Shown: piece by piece, positions 56,666-64,000 of the stretch | Position numbering within the stretch: position 1 is the stretch's first letter | How the letters are laid out: every line of letters starts with the position of its first letter | The notes under the pieces: model-generated | Told to the model about the DNA's origin: nothing | The model's input: the letters and a program-made list of their open reading frames with translations, nothing else | The model's database searches: none | Translations under genes and position numbers: made by a program | Source: the human T2T-CHM13v2.0 reference genome, Homo sapiens | NCBI RefSeq assembly: GCF_009914755.1 | Contig: NC_060932.1 | Strand: one strand, 5' to 3' | Length of the DNA stretch: 64,000 bases

Positions 56666-56920
56666 CACTCTGTTGGATACAAAGATAAATTTATATGAAA
56701 TCGTGTCTCTGTTGACTCAAAATTTGGTTGCAGTAGTTCGTGAGTGGGAAGAAATGTCTCAGTCTGGGTACACCACACTGAAATTACAGTGGGAAGGATT
56801 GTCATCTGTTGTGCTGCTTTATCACTCATCTTGATGCAGCGTAAGTCTACAGCTTTTGTCAAGATTTCATTTCAAAGATGAAGACATTTAGAGAAGATAT
56901 TTTAAGTCAAGGAATAAGAT
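56666..56920 (-). pseudogene. Relic exon (255 nt), RGS alpha6-alpha8-like
   Basis: tactctgtAG ... GTG|GTGAGT; NEILTKAVDLRCIKMSDKAAQQMTILPTVISVW; two stops near the 5' end. Confidence 0.55.
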
Positions 56921-57611
56921 CTACAGAGTATACATATGTTAATAAAAATAATCAGATTAACCTGAGACAAATAAAATTTAGGTTCATGAGTTTATAGTTA
57001 CCCATGCTATGTAACTCCTTTTAACATAGAATTTATATGTAGTTATAGTTTTAGTGATTGTAGTCCCATTTTGGAGGCATTTAATTATCCTAAATTTCAT
57101 TAGGTCATATTTTGTCTCTGTTAATTTAACATCGTTATCTGTAACTGATAACTTAATCACTGATAAAGAAGTTTAAAAGATGTTTAGATAAGTAGAATGA
57201 ATAAATGAACATGACATGGTGCTAAATGCTGTAAATACATTATCTCATTTAATTTTCGTAATGATCTGGTAAGGTAGACACTATTACCCCTGTATTTTTT
57301 CAAAGGAAAAAACTGAGGCTTAGGGTAAGTAGCTTGTTAGATTACATAGATATTAGGAGCTGGAGTTATATGAAAATAGAAAAAACTTTGTTTTCTCTAT
57401 TTACACCATCATACATTTATTCTAGCAAAACAAACAAACATCTTGAAATATAAAACATAACAAATTATATTGGAAGGAATCAGAATGAATAGATATCAGA
57501 AATTTGAACTCCACATTTGAGTTTAGGATTTCTAGAAGATAAAAAAAGGTAAGATAAATCTGCATACTTGTTTTTATTCTCCACAATAATAAATCATAGA
57601 AAACCACTTAC

Positions 57612-57657
57612 AGAAGCACGCCTTTTGTAGTTGCTGCTGTGCTTGTTCGATATATTT
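57612..57657 (-). pseudogene. Relic exon (46 nt)
   Basis: ttttcttttttcctAG ... TCT|GTAAGT; all three frames open (e.g. KYIEQAQQQLQKACF). Confidence 0.55.
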
Positions 57658-58231
57658 CTAGGAAAAAAGAAAACCAGATTTTTATTAAAACAAACATTAC
57701 ATGATAGGGTAAACCAATTTTCAATCATGAAAGTCACTTTAAATAGTTATTTCTTAAATCTATTAGATATACAGAAGTAGAGACTGTATCTTTATATTAT
57801 GCTTAGAAAAGATAGTTTTTAAGTAGCTGCTGTAGTAACTATTGAGTACATTTCACTCTGATTTTTAAAATATATATTTGAAGAATTCTTATTCAGAAGA
57901 TGAAAATGGTACAAATTTTTAACAGATGCAAATCTTAATCAATACCAATCAAATTTGTCATATTTTTAAGGCATATAAACTGTATCATTGGTTGAAATAA
58001 AATATATATTTGAGCTACAAAATTTTATAGAAGCAAAAGATATTTTAGCAAGCATCTGTTTTGCTAATTTGATTTACTTTTTTTGTGTTCATGCCCAAAA
58101 TTTCTTTCTTCTCTTCCTTTTTTATGGATCTATGACTGTCCATCACATGATCTTATTCCTCCACTAAAAGAAGAGAAGATACAGGTTGGATAAACTATTC
58201 ACACTTGAAACAATAAAATACAGGGACTCTC

Positions 58232-58640
58232 TACTGGGTTGAATAGTGTCTACCCCAAATCCATGTTCACCCAGAACCACAGAATGTGACTTTATTTGGA
58301 GATAAGGTCTTTGCAGATTGAATAGTTAAATCAAGATAAGGTTATACTGGATTAGAGTTGGCGTTAAATCCAACGAGTAGTGCCATTATAAGAAGAAAGA
58401 GAGAGAGAATCAGACACAGAAACTTGCAGAGGGAAGAAAACAAAGAAGCTAAGGAGTGTCCATGACCACCAGAAGCTTGAAGGCCTGGAGGCATCTTCCC
58501 TAGATCCTTCAGAGGGAGAATAGTCCTGTGGATATCTCAATTTCAGATATTTGCCTCCAGAACTGCAAGATAATACATTTCTGTTATTTTAATCACCTAG
58601 TTTGTGGTAATTAATTATGGCAGACTAGCAAACTAATCAG
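58232..58640 (+). mobile_element. MLT1B/C LTR
   Basis: gggttgaatagtgtc...tttatttggagataaggtctttgcaga...cctccagaactgcaaga. Confidence 0.85.
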
Positions 58641-58760
58641 GACCCTTTGTTGGGGTGTGATTTGTTCTTTTGGGCTTTAGAGTAGGATAATCAGGTGGGA
58701 AGTATGTCATTTTTGGGGTCTTCTTATTCTCACCAATATTTTGCTGGGGTGATGGGTCTT

Positions 58761-58762
<2 letters not shown>

Positions 58763-58796
<34 letters not shown>
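58763..58796. repeat. (GT)n microsatellite
   Basis: Seen directly. Confidence 0.95.
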
Positions 58797-58798
<2 letters not shown>

Positions 58799-60460
58799 AT
58801 GGGGCGAGGGACTGCAGTTGTAATAACTTTGGCTGTCAGTGTTCTCATAATACTTAAGGTAAAGAAGGCAGGAGACTTATTCCTAGATGGACTCTTACTT
58901 ACTCCTCCGGTTTTCAGTTTTGGGGAGAACAACTCCCCTCTTTCTGTAGTGTCTAGGGGGCAGAAGAACAGAGCCTGTTTTGTTCAAGTTCTTCCACCAA
59001 TATGCCTCCTTTCTCCTGCCAGAGTAAGAGTGATACTCACCCAGTTTAGTGAATTTGGAGTGACAGTCTGTCTAATTACTTCTTAATCAAACTATCTCCA
59101 ACCTATTTTCATAGTTACCTAGTGCCTCTGACTGTTTCCTTTTGGGCATTTTGAGATACAAATTAATTTGTTTTGTGGTGGTCTTTCTACTGCACGGTTG
59201 TAAGTTTTCAGCTTTCTGTATTTAGCTAATTTATTTATGATTCATCAATCTATTTTTTGCAAAATTGTGTTGATCTCTATTCTTTGGTGTTACATCATCT
59301 TTCACAATCACACTCGTGGGTTTATAATATGTTTATGTATTCATTATAATTCAGTGTAATTTCAGGAAGTACTGGTATGAGCTCATGTGTTAAAGCTACC
59401 ACATTTAACTATATTATTCTAGGTAATTGTTTCCTGGGTTATTTATCCATTATTTTCTGTCAGACCTTAAGCTTCTTGTCCAAGAGACAAGTCAGAGGAA
59501 AAAGAAAATGAAATAAACCTTCAACTTATTTGGCATGCCTCAAACTCAAACTCTAAATTTTTTTCTGGGGAATTGTTGTTTAGCATATTTAGCATTCATT
59601 TTTTCAAATAGTTTTATTAAGTACTTCCCATATAAGATATCAAGCTTCCACAAACTTGTCCAAAATCTGAATAATTTTTGAAAAGATAAGCCATAATTTT
59701 CAATAACAGATGTTGCCTAACACACATAACATTAATATATGCTCAACTTAAGAATGATAGGATACAAAGTAAATGCAGCACTTTGTCTATGAATAAATTG
59801 TAATGTAAGTAAGAATATTTGTGGTTTCTACTAACACAGGTTGAATAAAGTATAAAAATTATTTTCCTAATTGAAAAAGTCCTCAATATTTAAGTTGTCT
59901 AGACAGAAGCAGATTGAACTAACATGGTGGATAAATGTACTAACAGTACTACAGTAACCTTTCTGGAATTATTCATCATTTTCATTTATCTGTGCAGCAT
60001 TTAGCCATCTGTCTCTTCAGGTTTATAGATCTTAAATATGGAAATACTCCAAGATATAACTTTAATAAAATACTGCAAGGGACAAGATTAGTACATTGAA
60101 TACTCAATTGTTACTTAGATAACATTGTGAAACAGAATTTATTTTAAAATATGCCTCTACTACTTCCAAATTAGTAGACATATAATTTCTCAATATTTAG
60201 ATGGCATAAGATCATAATAACTTAAGATACTTAAAAGCAACTACAGACCTCAATAAAACTCTGTTTCTATGATCCTTTAAATACAGGTTCTTTCTCCTTT
60301 ACTTTTGTAATTTGTTTCATTTTATGTATGGAGACATTAAAATATTCCACCATAAAAGTAATGCTTTTTAAGAAAAACAAAACATGCACCATAAAATAAA
60401 TTGAGATGAAGGTGTTTTTGTAGAACTTGGTCTTTTAAGAATTGTTTGTGAAAATAATAC

Positions 60461-60608
60461 CCCCTTGTCAGATATATATTCCTTGTGGGGGAGCAAGATG
60501 ATTAGAAATTGTTCCCTGGACAATAAACTGTAGAAAAGTCCTTTCTCTTGATCTTCTCTGATAATCACCCATGTCTCAGACCGTGGCTTAATGACATTCA
60601 AGGACAAA
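60461..60608 (-). pseudogene. Candidate relic exon (148 nt, open frame)
   Basis: ttttctttttaaaAG ... GGG|GTATTA (weak donor); LSLNVIKPRSETWVIIREDQEKGLFYSLLSREQFLIILLPHKEYISDKG. Confidence 0.45.
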
Positions 60609-60668
60609 CTTTTAAAAAGAAAATTTATATATAGAAAAGAAGGATAATTATTGTTTCAATAAAAATAC

Positions 60669-61740
60669 CTTGGAGTTTCCTGTACCTACATAATCTCTTG
60701 GTGTTAAGCAGCATTTATGAAGTAATTTAATAAATTCAGTTTCTAACCATTGCTTAATGATTACTTAAAGGTCTTTCAAGTGTGCAGTGTACCCGTCCTC
60801 TCATTTGCCACAGGGAATTGGGTTTTTGAAACAAATGAGTTCTGAGATAGTGACATATTTTACAGGAAAATAATAGTGTGGTCGTATTCAGAATTTCCTT
60901 CCTTAATTAGCTCAGCGCTGAAGACGTGACAGATAAAATGAGTCAGATAAAATGTGAAAAGCAGAGAAGGAAAAGAAATTTGATCCTCTTCAGTGTGTCA
61001 ACCCAGAAAAGATGCCACAGGTGACTTATAAAAAGTCCCTGCAGCACTTCAGCCTTTGTATCCCTTCATCATTTCTCAAGCTCAAGCAAGTTTTCTAGGC
61101 TCAATGTTTCTTTTTTTTATTTTTTCTATTTTATTATTATCATACTTTAAGTTTTAGGGTATATGTGCACAATGTGCAGGTTAGTTACGTATGTATACAT
61201 GTGCCATGCTGGTTCTATCCAGAATGGGTTGAACAGAAACCATAGGTTCCATATCAGCTGTTGCTCTCTTTTCAGTATTGGAAAAACTGTCAACTTCTCA
61301 TTTGAAATGATGCTTTGTTTTGGCTGTCTGCTTGAGTTGATTTGGTATACACCCTGAAACCTGTTCTTTGGCTATCATGCAGCTCCACACAATGCACCTG
61401 TGGGCTTCTCTCACCCAGATCATCAGAAATCCAGTGCTGGGTCTATTCTTCCCTGAGAAATGAATACGCATGTGCTCCCCCTTCATTTTTGTAAAATAAA
61501 GGACCTCAGCTTCTTTCAAACATTCTTGGAGGCCTGAACAAAACATGTTTTGCTCATATGGTCATAGAACCTGAAAGTGTGAATTGATGATATATCTGGT
61601 GTGTACAGATGCAATTGGCAACTGAATAGTGATGAGCTTCCTCCATACTCTCATATTGTACACTGATGTTCATTTCCAAAATATGAGAAGTGAGGTAGGC
61701 AAAACATTTCTTTCTTAGAGGGAATGAAGAAATCATGTAG
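60669..61740 (-). pseudogene. Large relic exon interrupted by a short L1
   Basis: Two minus-strand ORFs of 60-82 aa plus VLQGLFISHLWHLFWVDTLKRIK and HLKDL*VIIKQWLETEF; donor AAG|GTATTT at 60669; 5' end uncertain. Confidence 0.5.
61107..61213 (-). mobile_element. Very short young L1PA (PA2-3-like) 3' end
   Basis: tactttaagttttagggta...ggttagttac...gtgccatgctggt with T-rich tail. Confidence 0.9.
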
Positions 61741-62369
61741 CCCAGTTTCCTCTGTTTAAATATAAGGAAACAGAAATATGATATTTAATTAGCAATAATT
61801 GTGCCTTGGATAAGCCTAATTGGTTACAATGCTACCACTGCACAAAGCTTAAGATATTTAAACAACTTGTTCACATCATCAGCAGAGATGGCCTTAATGG
61901 CCACTGCAGTGTATGGTATAAAAATCACAGGTTCTGGAGTCAAGCTGCCTGTGAAAGAATCTCAGCTATGCAATTAGCTAACTGTGCAACCAAAGCGATG
62001 TTGCTTAACCTCCATTTTTTGCTTTTAAATTGGGAAAGACAATTGTAACACTTGTTCCTTGAAACCTGTGGTTCCCACATATTAGTCCGTGAATTCTTTG
62101 CATCTGAATTGCAGGGGATTTTTTTTTAAAATACTGAATTCTGATGACCAGCTTTTGAACATGTGGATTTGGTACATCTCAAATGTGGCTTGTAAACTCC
62201 TATCTATATTTTTAAGACAATTCTCCCTCTCTGCCAAAAGGGCAAATATAAAAGGATTCCCACTCACCATAATATAACCTTCTTGATAGTGATAGTTAGA
62301 TCATTTTGTGCATAACAAAAAATTAGGGGTGGAAGGGATGTGCTTTGCACATAAATTAGTTCTTCTCTA

Positions 62370-62820
62370 ACACAGCCTACAAGACTCTGCCTAATCTGGC
62401 CCTAATCAAACTCATCTTGTCCTTCTCTCCCTTAATTCTCAGTGCTACAGCCTTGGTAGTTACCTTTGAACGCCTTACATCATTTCTCGTACTAAAGAAA
62501 CTTTGCACAGGCTGTCTCTCCAGTGGAAAATGTATCTCCCACGGTCACCTTACCTCGTTAATATGCCTACCTATCCTTCTTATTTCAATTCAAATTTAAT
62601 TCCTCAGGAGCCTCTAGGACTATGTTGACCTCAGATTTCTCCCCAGCGTTTCACAATTTTCCTTTACAGCACTTTGTCGTAAGCATTTGACTTTATGTCT
62701 GTAACCTGCCAGGCTCTGCTTCCATGTGGGTGAGAATTTTTACTGTTTGAGCTCACCATTGTATCCTCAGTTCCATACCTGGCACAATATGGAAACTTAA
62801 TAAGTTTTATTTTAACGAAT
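62370..62820 (+). mobile_element. L2 3' remnant
   Basis: ctttgcacaggctgtctctccagtggaa...ctcaccattgtatcctcag...cctggcaca. Confidence 0.65.
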
Positions 62821-62849
62821 AAAACCTCTATAAGCCATTTTGATATAGT

Positions 62850-63300
62850 TGTGTTCATTGTTTATCACTTCTTAACACAATACCCCAAATTTAATGGCTT
62901 GAAACAGCAACGAGTGTACTTATCTCTCATGAGTCTGTGGGTTGACCAGGCTTGGCGAGGCAGTTCTGCACTTCCCACTTCGATTCTCTGTGTGGGTGCA
63001 CACAGATGGTTGTTGGGGCTAGAGTGATCGGGAGCTTCCAATTAGCATTGAGATGGTCAGGCTCTCTACCTTTTATATATTGTCAGACATTCATTCTCCA
63101 TGTGCCCCTCCATTAGGTCTTTCCAGTAAAATAACTGGATATTTTTTTTGTGGTAGCTCAGGAATTCCAAAACAGCAAGAGCAGAAACTGCCAGTCTTTC
63201 TTAAAGATGCCTAACCTCTTCAATCCTGGAGCATTATTTCTGTCCCTCTCAGTTGGCTAATTTGTCACAAGCCGGTTCAGATTTGATGTGGGGGGTTGGA
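62850..63300 (-). mobile_element. Old MLT1 LTR
   Basis: ccccaaatttaatggcttgaaacagcaa...tctcatgagtctgtgggttgac. Confidence 0.7.
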
Positions 63301-63329
63301 GGGGAGTCGACACCAATGAACATGTTTTA

Positions 63330-63520
63330 TTAATATGTACCAGCACAGCACTAAATGCTTTACACAGGATTCAAATAAGACTGTAAAGTAGGAAATAATA
63401 GCCTCATTTTTTAAATGAGGTTACAGAAATAAGCAAATACAAGCAATTTATGTAAGATGTTACTGTTAGGTAGTGAAGCCAGAATTCAATCTCTGCACTT
63501 TTTTAATCTGAAACCTGTAT
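63330..63520 (-). mobile_element. MIR
   Basis: ctaaatgctttaca...ctcattttttaaatgagg...gtagtgaagccagaattcaa. Confidence 0.6.
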
Positions 63521-63827
63521 TGTTTGTTCTTATTATTTCCATGTTCTTCAGAAAGCCAAAAGCTTCTTTGCTGTCTTAGAAGTGTTTTCCTTTAGCTTTA
63601 ACATTTATAGCTCACACATATTAAAATTAACAAATATTGCAGCATATCCATTAATTTCATGTAAAAAGATATAAAATGGAATTTTCAAATTTATTAAAAA
63701 TTAATTTATTATGAATGAGAAAATTACAAGCAACATAAACACTTAAACTTTGTTATCACTAAATTCATCTGTTGGCATTTTTAACTGAAGTACTGAGGAC
63801 TTTAAAGTGGTATTGAGTAATACTTAC

Positions 63828-63970
63828 CTGAAAGTTGCCAAATGCTTTTGTGAGGCCTCATAAGAGTCAACACAACTAATTAGTATTGTTGAAATGTCTG
63901 ATCTATTTGATCTCTTACTTCCTTTGGATTGAAACCTGATATATATATTTTTAAAATTCTAGTTTAGGTT
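63828..63970 (-). pseudogene. Relic exon, RGSL1-like
   Basis: Donor CAG|GTAAGT at 63828; acceptor at 63970 (or 63935); KLEF*/(frameshift)/GFNPKEVRD...*LVVLTLMRPHKSIWQLS. Confidence 0.5.
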
Positions 63971-64000
63971 CTTGAAAATTATTTCATGTAGTCTATTATC

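Noticed and set aside
56666-63935. A stop-free 483-nt chain (63935-63828, 60608-60461, 57657-57612, 56846-56666) as a live protein-coding gene
   Set aside because: It needs weak splice sites that I selected for frame fit, skips the large 61-kb block, uses a different frame from the RGSL1-like one, and hits TGA at the next junction.

Overview
AT-rich, repeat-dense primate genomic DNA. AluJ/S/Y, L1PA and an ERV9 LTR12 point to a catarrhine, probably human. I see no intact protein-coding gene, and most ORFs in the track are translations of Alu, L1, LTR or microsatellite sequence. The main signal lies in the unique DNA between repeats: about 14 minus-strand segments from ~1.5 to ~64 kb, many with canonical AG/GT splice sites. 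Their translations, broken by stops and frameshifts, repeatedly give RGS-box-like motifs of the RGS22/RGSL1 type. I infer a decayed multi-RGS-domain gene (candidate unitary pseudogene) running off both ends of the window. The homology was judged by eye against remembered sequences and needs an HMM/tBLASTn check. Other observations are a TSD-flanked 619-bp orphan insertion inside an MST LTR, a solo LTR12C with a CTAG TSD, an Alu with a templated copy of its own 5' junction, a micro-inversion with nested palindromes in an old L1, and several local duplications. Repeat subfamily calls and old-repeat boundaries are approximate.
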